From the NCBI GenBank assembly GCA_045690015.1, contig CP145877.1, forward strand, positions 120,001 to 152,000: DNA of 32,000 bases. The letters run 5' to 3'. Under the pieces are notes generated by a model that was not told the DNA's origin, ran no database searches, and was given only the letters and a program-made list of their open reading frames with translations. Position 1 is the stretch's first letter; every line of letters begins with the position of its first letter. This DNA is from Candidatus Saccharimonadota bacterium (lineage in GTDB: Bacteria > Pseudomonadota > Gammaproteobacteria > Enterobacterales > Enterobacteriaceae). The translations under genes and the position numbers were made by a program. Shown here one piece after another: positions 1 to 10,265 of the stretch.

Positions 1-532
1 GAAAAATCTTAAACATTCCATTTTTTAAATCTAAAATATCTTCCGCACCTGCATCTAATGCCATATTAATTATTTGTTCTTCATCTTGCGTTGGTGCCAC
101 TAACGAAATAACTCCGGTTTGTTTGAATAAGTATGAAACCGATCCATTAATAGCTAAATTACCACCATATTTAGTAAATATATGTCTTAATTTAGAAACC
201 GTACGTTTGCGATTATCACTTAAACATTTAATCATAATTGCAGTACCCCCGGGTCCATAACCTTCATATGTGATATCTTCTAAAGAAGAATCATCTAGAT
301 TAATAATAGCTTCTGCACGCCTAATAGCACGATTGATAGCATCACGATTCATATTATTGGCGCATGCTTTATTTAGAGCTGCACGTAACCGAGCATTAAT
401 ACTTGGATCTGATCCGCCGATTTTAACAGCAGTTACAACATCTCGAATAATTTTAGTAAAAATATTTCCACGTTTTGCATCTTGTATTGCTTTTCTATGT
501 TTAGTATTTGACCATTTACTATGTCCTGACAT
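1..532 (-). CDS. yebC: YebC/PmpR-family protein (5' part; C-terminus lies beyond the window edge)
   Basis: Reverse-strand translation from the ATG at 532-530 gives [31 protein letters not shown]...[23 protein letters not shown]. This is colinear with E. coli YebC ([31 protein letters not shown]...). The frame stays open to position 1. The + strand track ORF 270..548 is its antisense shadow. Confidence 0.9.
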   Translation of the reverse strand, partial: MSGHSKWSNTKHRKAIQDAKRGNIFTKIIRDVVTAVKIGGSDPSINARLRAALNKACANNMNRDAINRAIRRAEAIINLDDSSLEDITYEGYGPGGTAIMIKCLSDNRKRTVSKLRHIFTKYGGNLAINGSVSYLFKQTGVISLVAPTQDEEQIINMALDAGAEDILDLKNGMFKIF

Positions 533-569
533 TTATTATTTCCAATGAGATTATTTGAATCATTACAGG

Positions 570-2252
570 TTAATTTATGAAACTAGGAGCATTTGTCATT
601 AAGCAAGTAGCAGTAGTAGTTTTTGGGAATGCAATTACATCACGAATATTAGTAGTTCCAGTTAATAACATTACTAGTCGATCTAGTCCTAACGCAATTC
701 CAGCATGTGGAGGAGTACCATATTTTAGTGCATTCATAAAAAATCCAAACTGATCATTTTGCTGTTGTTTAGTCATTCCTAAAATGGAAAATACAGTTTG
801 TTGCATATCAAACTGGGAGATACGAACCGAACCACTACCAATCTCATAACCATTTATTATAAGATCATATGTATCAGATAAAATTTTTCTTGGTTTATTT
901 AAAATATCTTGTACTGTTACCAAGGGAGATGGAGCGGTAAAAGGATGGTGTACACATTTTAATCTTCTGTTTTCATCTTCTGAAAAGAGAGGAAAATTTA
1001 TTACCCATAGAGGTGACCAATCGTTTTCATTAATTAATTGTAATTTTTGTCCTATTTTAACACGTAAAGTCCCTAATATATATGAAACGTTTTGAAAACT
1101 ACCTGAACAAAAAAAGATAATATCACCCGGATTTGCATTTGTACGATGTATAACTGCATCAATAAAATCTTTTGGTAGAATACAGAATTGATTTTGTTTA
1201 TAACAGCCATTTACTAAAATCCAGTCTAAAAATTTTACATCTGATTTAGAACGAACATCTCGAAGATATTCTTTTAATTTTAATTGGTTACTTTCAGGAA
1301 TACGAAGTGCAGCAAATCGTTCTTGAATTATATCTTTTTGTAACGAAAACGTTATAGCTAAATCATTGACATCTACTAGTTCTAAAGGATTACGTAAATC
1401 TGGCTTATCGGATCCATAACGTTGCATAGCTTCCTTAAAAGTAATAATCGGAAAATTTGATAACTCAATTTTCTTTATTTGTTTCCATAACCCACGCACC
1501 ATTCTTTCTAATATTTGACGTACACTTGCAGATGATAAAAAGGAAACTTCCATATCTATCTGAGTAAATTCAGGTTGGCGATCAGTCCTTAGATCTTCAT
1601 CACGAAAACATTTAACAATCTGATAATAACGATCAAAACCAGAAATCATTAATAACTGCTTAAATAGCTGTGGTGATTGAGGCAAAGCATAATATTTGCC
1701 ATTATGCAGGCGACTAGGAACAATATAATCTCGGGCACCTTCAGGAGTTGCTCGAGTCAAAATAGGAGTTTCAATTTCTATAAATTCCTGAGATTCCATA
1801 AATTTTCGTATAAAACTGACACTTTGTGCTCGAATTCTTAATCTTTCAGCTATATCAAAACGACGTAAATCTAAATAACGATACTTTAAACGTGTATCTT
1901 CATTATTAATTTGGTTAATATCTAACGGTAATGATTCTGACGGACTTATAATAACCAGTTCGTTAACACAAACCTCTATAGTACCATTGTTTCTTTGGTA
2001 GTTGATATTTTTCTGGCTTCGCATACATACTATACCTTTTACTTGGATACAATATTCATTTCGTAATTCAGTAGCTTTTTTAAAAATTTCTGGTAATTTA
2101 GCTTCAAAAAATATCTGTACTGTTCCTTTACAATCCCGCAACTCAACAAATATGATTTTCCGTATATTACGATAATGATGCACCCACCCACATAAAGTAA
2201 CATGCTGACCAACATCTTTTTGTGCAAGCTGACCGCAATATCTAGTGCGCAT
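570..2252 (-). CDS. aspS: Aspartate--tRNA ligase (class II)
   Basis: [28 protein letters not shown] aligns with the E. coli AspRS N-terminus [24 protein letters not shown]. Motif 2 ([18 protein letters not shown]) and motif 3 ([11 protein letters not shown]...[10 protein letters not shown]) are present. The track ORF begins at a TTG (2369). The ATG at 2252 matches Met1 of E. coli. The product is about 560 aa, shorter than E. coli at the C-terminus. Confidence 0.95.
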   Translation of the reverse strand: MRTRYCGQLAQKDVGQHVTLCGWVHHYRNIRKIIFVELRDCKGTVQIFFEAKLPEIFKKATELRNEYCIQVKGIVCMRSQKNINYQRNNGTIEVCVNELVIISPSESLPLDINQINNEDTRLKYRYLDLRRFDIAERLRIRAQSVSFIRKFMESQEFIEIETPILTRATPEGARDYIVPSRLHNGKYYALPQSPQLFKQLLMISGFDRYYQIVKCFRDEDLRTDRQPEFTQIDMEVSFLSSASVRQILERMVRGLWKQIKKIELSNFPIITFKEAMQRYGSDKPDLRNPLELVDVNDLAITFSLQKDIIQERFAALRIPESNQLKLKEYLRDVRSKSDVKFLDWILVNGCYKQNQFCILPKDFIDAVIHRTNANPGDIIFFCSGSFQNVSYILGTLRVKIGQKLQLINENDWSPLWVINFPLFSEDENRRLKCVHHPFTAPSPLVTVQDILNKPRKILSDTYDLIINGYEIGSGSVRISQFDMQQTVFSILGMTKQQQNDQFGFFMNALKYGTPPHAGIALGLDRLVMLLTGTTNIRDVIAFPKTTTATCLMTNAPSFIN

Positions 2253-2383
2253 AATTGTTTCCTTTACTTTGAGCATAATCTTTTCTAAAATAGGCAGATT
2301 AGATGATTTTATCAGATATATATTAAAAAATAGCATTCCCATGCTTATATAAGTAACTGATCTTATCAATAATTGTTTTTGAA

Positions 2384-3124
2384 ATGGCTAATCGCGATCA
2401 AATTTTTCATTTACCTATAAAGCAAACTAAATGGGCTTTTGATGAAGATGTAACTAACGTTTTTTCTGATATGATTAATCGTTCAATTCCCGGCTATTCA
2501 ATTATAAAAAATATGATTGGAAAGTTGTCACAAAAATTTGTAAAAAATTATACTTATATTTATGATCTAGGATGTTCTTTAGGTGATATAGCTATATCCA
2601 TTCAGAATAATCTACAAGTAACGGGTTGTAAAATAATTGCTATTGATAATTCTCCTAGTATGATTGCAAGGTTTAAACAAAAAATGAAAAAAATTCCGAC
2701 CTACCAAAATCATACTACTTTAATTAAGATTGTTGAAGGTGACATAAATAAAATTGTTATTAAAAATGCTTCTATGGTAGTATTAAATTTTACTTTACAA
2801 TTTATTAAAGTTGAAGAAAGAAAAAATCTTCTGAAGTCTATCTATGCAGGTCTTAATTCAGAAGGAGTTTTAATTCTATCTGAAAAATTTAAATTTGATG
2901 ATCCTCGCATCAATCAAATAATTATAAACCTACATCATGATTTTAAAAAAAATCATGGATATAGTAATTTAGAAATTATTCAAAAAGATAATTTATTAAA
3001 AAATTTTATGATAATTGATACGATTGAAAATCAAAGAAAAAATCTTCGGAATCTTGGATTTACACATGTTGATTTGTGGTTCCAATATTTAAATTTTGGA
3101 TCTTTCATAGCAATTAAAAGTTAA
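2384..3124 (+). CDS. cmoA: Carboxy-S-adenosyl-L-methionine synthase (cmo5U34 tRNA modification)
   Basis: The protein is colinear with E. coli CmoA, including ...[21 protein letters not shown]..., [30 protein letters not shown] and LSEKF. It is followed 4 nt later by cmoB, as in E. coli. Confidence 0.93.
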   Translation: MANRDQIFHLPIKQTKWAFDEDVTNVFSDMINRSIPGYSIIKNMIGKLSQKFVKNYTYIYDLGCSLGDIAISIQNNLQVTGCKIIAIDNSPSMIARFKQKMKKIPTYQNHTTLIKIVEGDINKIVIKNASMVVLNFTLQFIKVEERKNLLKSIYAGLNSEGVLILSEKFKFDDPRINQIIINLHHDFKKNHGYSNLEIIQKDNLLKNFMIIDTIENQRKNLRNLGFTHVDLWFQYLNFGSFIAIKS

Positions 3125-3128
3125 CATC

Positions 3129-4094
3129 ATGAATTTTGAAGAGTTTTATAAGATTCTTATTCAAGAACGCATAACTAAATGGTTAGAAATATTACCTGCT
3201 AAATTAAATCAATTTCAACCTACACAATTAAAGGGATCATTTAAGGATTGGTATAAGATTATTCTTAATATACCTATCATTATACCTGAATGCGTAGATT
3301 TAGAGAACAGCATTACTGCTGTAAATAATAAAATTAGTAAAAAAAAGATTATAAGCATTGAAAAATTGCTGAAAAAATTAGTACCTTGGCGTAAAGGACC
3401 ATTTTTTCTTTATGGAATAAAAATTGATGCGGAATGGTGTTCTAATTTAAAATGGGAAAGAGTTCTAAAACATATACCTTCATTAGCTGATCGTCTAGTA
3501 TTAGATGTAGGATGTGGTAATGGTTATTACCTATTACGCATGCTTGGTATAAAAGCAAAATTAACCATTGGTGTCGATCCTAATCTTTTAGTTTATTTTC
3601 AATTTGAAGCTATAAAAAAATTATTAGGTAATAAATTACCCGCATATTTATTACCTTTTCCTTTAGAAAAACTTCCTCCTACAGAAAAATTTGATACGGT
3701 TTTTTCTATGGGAGTTATTTATCATAAAAGGTCGCCCTTAGATCATTTAATACAACTAAAAAATCAATTAGTTTCAGGAGGGGAGTTAATACTTGAAACT
3801 CTTATTTTCACTCATGAAGAAGAATCTCAAGCATTTATGCCTCATAAAAGTTACGCTAATATGCGTAATGTTTGGTTTATTCCTTCATCAGCAGCTATAA
3901 AAATTTGGTTGGAGAGATGTGGTTTTAAAGAAATTCGTATAGTTGATTATACAAAAACTAGTTCATTAGAACAACGTCGTACTCCTTGGGCAAATGTTAA
4001 TTCCTTATCTGATTTCTTAGATATAAACAATCCTAATAAAACTATCGAAGGGTACCAGGCACCATTACGAGCAATCATTATTGCTCGAAAATAA
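3129..4094 (+). CDS. cmoB: tRNA U34 carboxymethyltransferase
   Basis: [58 protein letters not shown] and [15 protein letters not shown] align with E. coli CmoB over the full length. Confidence 0.93.
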   Translation: MNFEEFYKILIQERITKWLEILPAKLNQFQPTQLKGSFKDWYKIILNIPIIIPECVDLENSITAVNNKISKKKIISIEKLLKKLVPWRKGPFFLYGIKIDAEWCSNLKWERVLKHIPSLADRLVLDVGCGNGYYLLRMLGIKAKLTIGVDPNLLVYFQFEAIKKLLGNKLPAYLLPFPLEKLPPTEKFDTVFSMGVIYHKRSPLDHLIQLKNQLVSGGELILETLIFTHEEESQAFMPHKSYANMRNVWFIPSSAAIKIWLERCGFKEIRIVDYTKTSSLEQRRTPWANVNSLSDFLDINNPNKTIEGYQAPLRAIIIARK

Positions 4095-4129
4095 GTCTGA
4101 ATATTTATGAAACAAATAGGAAATCAGAA

Positions 4130-5872
4130 ATGAATATTCAAGCGTTTATTAATGAAAAAATAAGAGAAGCAATAATTAAAATAGGAATATATAACTGTAG
4201 CGAGTTAAATGTGCGTCAATCAATAAGAGCTAATTTTGGAGATTATCAAGTGAATGGTATTATTGGTTTAGCTAAAACATTACATGCTCATCCTCAATAT
4301 CTAGCGGAAAAAATCCTCCATAATCTACATCTGAATGATATTGCTAAGAAAGTTGTTATTTCTAATCCCGGTTATATAAATATTTATTTAGATTGTAGTT
4401 GGTTAGCTAATCAAATAGAAAAAAAATTAATATCTCCTAATTTAGGTATAAAAACTCTTAATCCACAAAGAGTTGTAATTGATTATTCAAGTCCTAATGT
4501 AGCAAAAGAAATGCATGTCGGTCATCTTCGATCAACTATTATTGGAGATGCTACAGCTAGAACCTTAGAATTTTTAGGTCATCATGTAATTCGTGCTAAT
4601 CATATAGGGGACTGGGGAATGCAATTTGGCATGTTAATTGCTCTAATGGAAATAAAAAATCATAATTTTAATAAAAATCTAGTACTGAGCGACCTAGAAA
4701 ATTTATATCGTGAAGCCAAAAATTATTGCGAAATAGATACAAAATTTGCTCAAAATGCAAGTAATTATGTGTTGAAATTGCAACAGGGAGATCTTAAATG
4801 TCTAAAATTATGGAAATTTTTAGTAGATATTAGTATTAAAAAAAATCAGACCATATATAATCGGCTCAACGTTACTCTAACGAATAATGATATAATGGGA
4901 GAAAGCTTTTATAACCAAATGTTACCAGATATCGTTAATGATTTAAAATCAAAGGGATTAGCTGTAGAAAATGAAGGAGCTATTGTAGTTTTTCTAGATG
5001 AATTTAAAAATAAAAAGGGTAATCCCATGGGCGTCATTATTCAAAAAAAAGATGGAGCATACCTATATACCACAACTGATATAGCATGTATAAAATATCG
5101 TTATGAAAAATTTAAACCAGACAGAATTATTTATTACATTGATTCTCGTCAATATCAGCATTTAAAACAAGTCTGGACTATTGTACGTAAAGCAGGTTAC
5201 ATACCAAAATCCGTTTCTCTTGAACATCATATGTTTGGTATGATGTTGGATAAAAATGATAAACCCTTTAAAACACGTACAGGTGAAACAGTAAAACTTT
5301 TAGATTTATTAGACGAAGCTGTATATCGTGCTAAAAATTTAATTTCCTCGAAAAATCCCAATTTCTCTTCAGAGGAATTAACAAAAGTAGCAAATATTGT
5401 TGGTATTGGTGCAATAAAATATGCGGATTTATCTAAGAATCGTCTTACCAATTACGTATTTGATTGGGATCAAATGTTATCCTTTGATGGAAATACAGCT
5501 CCATATATACAATATGCTTATACGCGTGCAGTTTCTATTTTCAAAAAAGCTAAGGAAGAAAGTTTTAACTACTCGTCAAAAATTAATGAAAAAATAGTCA
5601 TCTCCAACGAATTAGAGAGATTATTAGCTGTACGTCTAGTACAGTTCGAAGAAACCATAATAAGAGTAGCTATAAATGGAACACCACATATAATGTGTGC
5701 TTATCTATATAATTTAGCTAGCTTATTTTCTAATTTTTACGAAAAAAATCCTATTATAAAAATATCGGATTCCATAATAAGAAAAACTAGGTTGAAATTA
5801 GTAAAATTATTTATTAATACGATAAACTCAGGATTAAATACTTTAGGGATTCAAACTATAGATAGAATGTAA
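4130..5872 (+). CDS. argS: Arginine--tRNA ligase
   Basis: The N-terminus is [14 protein letters not shown]. The HIGH-type motif region [21 protein letters not shown] is present, as are [35 protein letters not shown] and a C-terminal ...LGIQTIDRM, as in E. coli ArgRS. Confidence 0.96.
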   Translation: MNIQAFINEKIREAIIKIGIYNCSELNVRQSIRANFGDYQVNGIIGLAKTLHAHPQYLAEKILHNLHLNDIAKKVVISNPGYINIYLDCSWLANQIEKKLISPNLGIKTLNPQRVVIDYSSPNVAKEMHVGHLRSTIIGDATARTLEFLGHHVIRANHIGDWGMQFGMLIALMEIKNHNFNKNLVLSDLENLYREAKNYCEIDTKFAQNASNYVLKLQQGDLKCLKLWKFLVDISIKKNQTIYNRLNVTLTNNDIMGESFYNQMLPDIVNDLKSKGLAVENEGAIVVFLDEFKNKKGNPMGVIIQKKDGAYLYTTTDIACIKYRYEKFKPDRIIYYIDSRQYQHLKQVWTIVRKAGYIPKSVSLEHHMFGMMLDKNDKPFKTRTGETVKLLDLLDEAVYRAKNLISSKNPNFSSEELTKVANIVGIGAIKYADLSKNRLTNYVFDWDQMLSFDGNTAPYIQYAYTRAVSIFKKAKEESFNYSSKINEKIVISNELERLLAVRLVQFEETIIRVAINGTPHIMCAYLYNLASLFSNFYEKNPIIKISDSIIRKTRLKLVKLFINTINSGLNTLGIQTIDRM

Positions 5873-5890
5873 AATAATGTAATTTAATTG

Positions 5891-5983
5891 GGTGAGGTGT
5901 CCGAGAGGTTGAAGGAGCATGCTTGGAAAGCATGTATATGTTGAAAAAATAATGTATCGAGGGTTCGAATCCCTCCCTCACCG
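5891..5983 (+). tRNA. serW: tRNA-Ser (anticodon GGA), class II tRNA with long variable arm, no encoded 3' CCA
   Basis: The sequence folds as GGTGAGG TG TCC GAGAGGTTGAA GGA G CATGC TTGGAAA GCATG [variable arm] GAGGG TTCGAAT CCCTC CCTCACC G. The arms are nearly identical to E. coli tRNA-Ser(GGA). The anticodon loop TTGGAAA gives GGA. The gene is followed by AAA rather than CCA. The symbol is by analogy with E. coli serW/serX. Confidence 0.9.
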
Positions 5984-6244
5984 AAATTAATCAAATTTAG
6001 TTCATGTAATGTAACAACAGGTAACATTTTATAATAGATCAAACCAAACCTAAGACTTTATCGTCAAAATAATTAAATTAGCTATAACTAACTCAACTCC
6101 CTAATCTACTCTCTATAAAGAAATATTTTTATAAAAAAAATAATAATTTCATCTCATAGTTGCTATGCTATGATAAAATATTTAATAATAGTCTAATTAG
6201 TTATTCTATCACGTTCATTCATCCCTCATAGAAGGAGTATAAAT

Positions 6245-9200
6245 ATGATTACATTATGCGTGAAGCTAAATAAAATTCTACACGATAGAATTAAGGTAGC
6301 CGCACAGCATAATAATTGTACTACCGACTCTTTAATAAAACAAGCGATCTTAAACTACTTAAAACACTTAGACATCGACCCTAAAGAGACTGAATTGTCA
6401 AAATTAACATTAGATTCAGATTTTGAAGTTTTTAAAACCTCAGAAGAAAAGGTTTATCAACCTTTTAATGATTTATGTAAACAAATATTACCACAATCAA
6501 ATAAAAGAGCGGCAATAACTTCAGCTTGGAGAATATCGGAAACTAAAATTATACCCCTTTTACTAGAACAAGCACGTCAATCTACAGGATTACAAGAAAA
6601 AATCAAAAAATTAGCGACAGTTTTAGTTACTAATCTACGTAATCAAAAAAAAACCTCTAGTCGCATAGATCTCGTTCAGAAAATATTACATGAATTTTCT
6701 TTATCTTCTCCCGAAGGAATTTCTTTGATGTGTTTAGCAGAAGCCCTATTACGAATTCCTGATAATGCAACACGTGATGACCTGATTAGAGATAAAATAG
6801 GTAAAGTTAATTGGCAATCTCATTTAGGTGCGAGTGATTCTTTATTTGTAAATGCTACAACCTGGGGATTATTAATTACAGGACGTATTGTTAATTATAA
6901 ACCTAGCAAATTATCATCGTTATTAAATGGAATTCTTCGTAAAGGTGGAGAACCAATTATTCGTAAAAGTATAGATATAGCGATTAGAATAATGGGAAAA
7001 AATTTTATAATTGGTGAAACTATTTCAGAAGCATTATCTTCTTCAGCTAAATTAGAAAATCAGGGATTTCGTTATTCATATGATATGCTTGGTGAGGCAG
7101 CACTAACATCTAAAGATGCAAAATCTTTTTTTAATTCTTATCAAGAGGCAATTCATGCCATAGGACAAGCTTCCTATAATAGAGGAATTTACAAAGGACC
7201 AGGAATTTCTATAAAACTCTCTGCTTTACATCCGCGCTATAATCGTAGCCAATATGATCGAGTTATAAATGAACTTTATCCCCTCTTGAAACAATTAATA
7301 TTATTAGCCCGAAAATACGACATAGCAATTAACATTGACGCAGAAGAATCAGATCGATTAGAACTGTCACTAGATATGTTAGAAAAACTTTGTTTTGAAT
7401 CGGAATTATCTGGATGGAATGGAATTGGTTTTGTAGTTCAGTCTTATCAAAAACGTTGTTCCTTTGTAATAGATTCAATTATAGATCTTGCTCAACGTAG
7501 TAATCATCGTCTAATGATCAGATTAGTAAAAGGAGCTTATTGGGATACTGAAATCAAAAGAGCTCAAATAGAAGGGTTAGAAGATTATCCCGTATATACT
7601 CGTAAAGTATATACTGATGTTTCTTATCTGGCATGTGCAAAAAAATTACTTAGTGTACCACAGTTAATTTATCCTCAATTTGCTACTCATAATGCTCAAA
7701 CTATAGCCGCTATATACTATTTAGCTGGTGATAATTATTATTCAGAACAATATGAATTTCAATGTTTACATGGAATGGGAGAGAATTTATATACACAAAT
7801 AGTTGGTTCAACATCAAGGGGTAAAATGGATAGACCATGTCGTATTTATGCCCCTATCGGGAGTTATGAAAAATTACTTTCGTATTTAGTTAGACGTTTA
7901 TTAGAAAATGGAGCTAATACTTCTTTTGTTAACCGTTTATCAAATAAGTCATTTTCAATTGAAAAACTGGTTGCTAATCCGATAGAAATCGTAGAGAAAA
8001 TATCAAGTACAGAAGGAATAATAGGTTTACCAAATCCTAAAATTCCACTACCTATAAATTTATATGGATCTAAACGTATTAATTCTATGGGAATCGATCT
8101 AAATAATGAAAAAGAGCTATCTTTATTATCGAATGCACTATTAAATAGTAGTACTAAAAAATGGTATGCTAGCTCCATAATTAAAGAAAAAGTTAATGAA
8201 GAATTCAATCGTAAAATTATAAACCCAGCAGAAAAAAATGATCTGGTAGGTTATGCTCGTGATACAACTGAACAGGAAGTAACTTTAGCTATTACAGCAG
8301 CAGAAAAATCCTGGAAGATATGGTCGGCTCTATCAATACAAAAACGTGCCTCCATATTAGAAGATGCTGCTACATTAATGCAAAAACGCATAAATGTATT
8401 GATCAGTATTCTAGTTCGTGAAGCAGGAAAAACACTTAGTAATGCAATCTCTGAAGTACGCGAAGCAATAGATTTTCTACGTTATTACTCAAGTAATATA
8501 CATGATTTTGATAATCAAAACTTTATTCCATTAGGTCCAGTAGTTTGTATCAGTCCTTGGAATTTTCCACTAGCAATTTTTACTGGACAAATTGCCGCTA
8601 CATTAGCAGTAGGTAACAGTGTTCTAGCAAAACCTGCTGAACAAACACCCTTGATCGCTGCTCAAGCTGTCAAAATTATGTATGATGCTGGAGTACCTAC
8701 AGATGTTCTACAACTCATTATTGGTAAGGGTAATACTATAGGAACAGCATTAATTAAAAATGAGCTGGTACAAGGAGTAATTTTTACAGGATCTACAAAA
8801 GTAGCTACATCAATTCAAAAAATTCTGGCTGCACGTGTTAAGAATAAAAATATACCTTTTATTGCTGAAACTGGAGGTATAAATACAATGATTGTTGATT
8901 CTTCAGCATTAACAGAGCAAGTAGTTTCAGATATTATTACTTCTGCTTTTGATAGTGCGGGTCAACGTTGTTCTGCTTTACGTATTTTATGTATCCAAGA
9001 AGATGTGGCTGAACGAACATTAAGTATGTTACGAGGAGCAATAGAAGAATATAGAATTGGTAATCCTGATAGACTTAGTACTGATATGGGTCCGGTAATA
9101 AATATGCAGTCGAAAATAAATATTGAATTGCATATTCAGACTATGCAATCAAAGGGATTTAAAATTTATCAACCAAAATCACGGAAATTAGTCGAGACGT

Positions 9201-10222
9201 ATCTAAATAATGGTGATAAAAATGGTACCTTTGTACCACCAACATTGATTGAGATCAATAATATTAATGAATTACCAACAGAAGTTTTTGGTCCAGTATT
9301 ACATATAATACGTTTTTCTAGAGAAAATTTCTCTCAAATAATAGATGAAATTAATTTTTCTGGATATGGTTTGACTATGGGAATACATACCCGTATTGAT
9401 GAAACTGTTGCTAAAATAATTAAAAAAGCTAAAGTCGGTAATTTATACGTTAATAGAAATATGGTTGGTGCTGTAGTTGGAGTACAACCATTTGGTGGGC
9501 AAGGATTATCGGGAACTGGTCCCAAAGCAGGAGGCCCACTTTATCTCTATAAATTACTATCGGAATATCCAGAAAATGCTTTACATGTAACATTATCTCA
9601 ATATGAATCATTAACTTCAGAAAATACCAAAAATCGTGAACAATTATTACAACCCTTTAATATTCTAATCTCATGGGCAAAAAAACACCAAAACCATGAT
9701 TTAGAGAAAATTTGTAGACAGTTTTTAGAATGGTCTGTGAGTGGTACAACTTATCTTCTCCCAGGACCTACAGGAGAAAAAAACACTTATTCTTTATTGC
9801 CTAGAATAGGTATATTATGTTTAGCAGATAATCAACACGATTTATTAATTCAATTAGCAGCTGTAGCCAGTGTTGGTAGTAAAGCATTATGGCTCGAAAA
9901 TGAATTCTATCGTAATATATACGATATTCTTCCAATCGAAATTAAAAATATTATTTTATTTATAAATAATAAAGATATATTTAATAAATCTATGCCATTT
10001 GATACCATCTTATATCATGGTGATACTGAGAATGATAATAACATGCGTGAAATATCAAAAAAAATAGCTAATAAAGAGGGAACAATAATACCTGTATATG
10101 GATTTTCTCGAAGAGAGACCAAGTTGTTTTTAGAAAGGTTATTATTAGAAAAAACTTTAAGCATTAATACTACAGCTGCAGGCGGAAATACTAGTTTAAT
10201 TACTATGGTAGAAAATTATTGA
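6245..10222 (+). CDS. putA: Trifunctional PutA: RHH DNA-binding domain + proline dehydrogenase + 1-pyrroline-5-carboxylate dehydrogenase
   Basis: The 1325-aa product is colinear with E. coli PutA (about 1320 aa). The N-terminal ribbon-helix-helix reads CVKLNKILHDRIKVAA...LIKQAILNYL. PRODH motifs are YSYDMLGEAALT, LVKGAYWDTEIKRAQ and YLVRRLLENGANTSFVN. ALDH motifs are PWNFPLAIFTGQIAA, FIAETGG and AGQRCSALRIL. An AGGAG SD lies 6-10 nt upstream of the ATG. Confidence 0.96.
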   Translation: MITLCVKLNKILHDRIKVAAQHNNCTTDSLIKQAILNYLKHLDIDPKETELSKLTLDSDFEVFKTSEEKVYQPFNDLCKQILPQSNKRAAITSAWRISETKIIPLLLEQARQSTGLQEKIKKLATVLVTNLRNQKKTSSRIDLVQKILHEFSLSSPEGISLMCLAEALLRIPDNATRDDLIRDKIGKVNWQSHLGASDSLFVNATTWGLLITGRIVNYKPSKLSSLLNGILRKGGEPIIRKSIDIAIRIMGKNFIIGETISEALSSSAKLENQGFRYSYDMLGEAALTSKDAKSFFNSYQEAIHAIGQASYNRGIYKGPGISIKLSALHPRYNRSQYDRVINELYPLLKQLILLARKYDIAINIDAEESDRLELSLDMLEKLCFESELSGWNGIGFVVQSYQKRCSFVIDSIIDLAQRSNHRLMIRLVKGAYWDTEIKRAQIEGLEDYPVYTRKVYTDVSYLACAKKLLSVPQLIYPQFATHNAQTIAAIYYLAGDNYYSEQYEFQCLHGMGENLYTQIVGSTSRGKMDRPCRIYAPIGSYEKLLSYLVRRLLENGANTSFVNRLSNKSFSIEKLVANPIEIVEKISSTEGIIGLPNPKIPLPINLYGSKRINSMGIDLNNEKELSLLSNALLNSSTKKWYASSIIKEKVNEEFNRKIINPAEKNDLVGYARDTTEQEVTLAITAAEKSWKIWSALSIQKRASILEDAATLMQKRINVLISILVREAGKTLSNAISEVREAIDFLRYYSSNIHDFDNQNFIPLGPVVCISPWNFPLAIFTGQIAATLAVGNSVLAKPAEQTPLIAAQAVKIMYDAGVPTDVLQLIIGKGNTIGTALIKNELVQGVIFTGSTKVATSIQKILAARVKNKNIPFIAETGGINTMIVDSSALTEQVVSDIITSAFDSAGQRCSALRILCIQEDVAERTLSMLRGAIEEYRIGNPDRLSTDMGPVINMQSKINIELHIQTMQSKGFKIYQPKSRKLVETYLNNGDKNGTFVPPTLIEINNINELPTEVFGPVLHIIRFSRENFSQIIDEINFSGYGLTMGIHTRIDETVAKIIKKAKVGNLYVNRNMVGAVVGVQPFGGQGLSGTGPKAGGPLYLYKLLSEYPENALHVTLSQYESLTSENTKNREQLLQPFNILISWAKKHQNHDLEKICRQFLEWSVSGTTYLLPGPTGEKNTYSLLPRIGILCLADNQHDLLIQLAAVASVGSKALWLENEFYRNIYDILPIEIKNIILFINNKDIFNKSMPFDTILYHGDTENDNNMREISKKIANKEGTIIPVYGFSRRETKLFLERLLLEKTLSINTTAAGGNTSLITMVENY

Positions 10223-10265
10223 GATTATTTATAGTTGTTGCAAATAAAAAGATCTATTTTAGTTT

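Noticed and set aside
270-548. A 92-aa ORF on the + strand.
   Set aside because: It lies entirely antisense to the strongly conserved yebC reading frame. It has a low-complexity repetitive translation ([11 protein letters not shown]) and no recognisable homology. It is a shadow ORF.
2253-2369. A 39-codon N-terminal extension of aspS in the ORF track.
   Set aside because: The extension starts at a TTG and is hydrophobic junk ([21 protein letters not shown]...). The alignment with E. coli AspRS begins exactly at the ATG at 2252.
5984-6244. I searched for a putP relic (either strand) and for tRNA or sRNA-like structure in the tRNA-Ser/putA spacer.
   Set aside because: Only very short ORFs are present, with no resemblance to the PutP N-terminus. 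There is no T-arm-like GTTCGAATC motif and no stable hairpin.
6645-6653. Long homopolymer tracts, which are possible slippage or frameshift sites. They are A9 in putA 6645-6653, T8 tracts in recB near 15356-15363 and 15555-15562, T10 at 20467-20476 and A9 at 24571-24579.
   Set aside because: The coding-region tracts are in frame (they encode Lys runs) and the genes read through intact. The others are in spacers. There is no evidence of pseudogenisation.
7864-8208. Antisense or alternative-frame ORFs inside long genes. They include 2039-2227, 5227-5451, 7864-8208, 9334-9525, 14430-14615, 15060-15272, 16708-16890, 24813-25046, 25643-25828, 26202-26393 and 28519-28746.
   Set aside because: All are embedded in, or overlap, strongly conserved genes on the other strand or in another frame. 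Their translations are low-complexity I/L/F/K/N-rich sequence with no recognisable motifs. They are expected chance ORFs.
10237-10242. An exact PutA operator hexamer GTTGCA just downstream of the putA stop.
   Set aside because: It is a single 6-mer in the wrong place (the putA-fabI spacer, not the putA promoter). This is compatible with chance.
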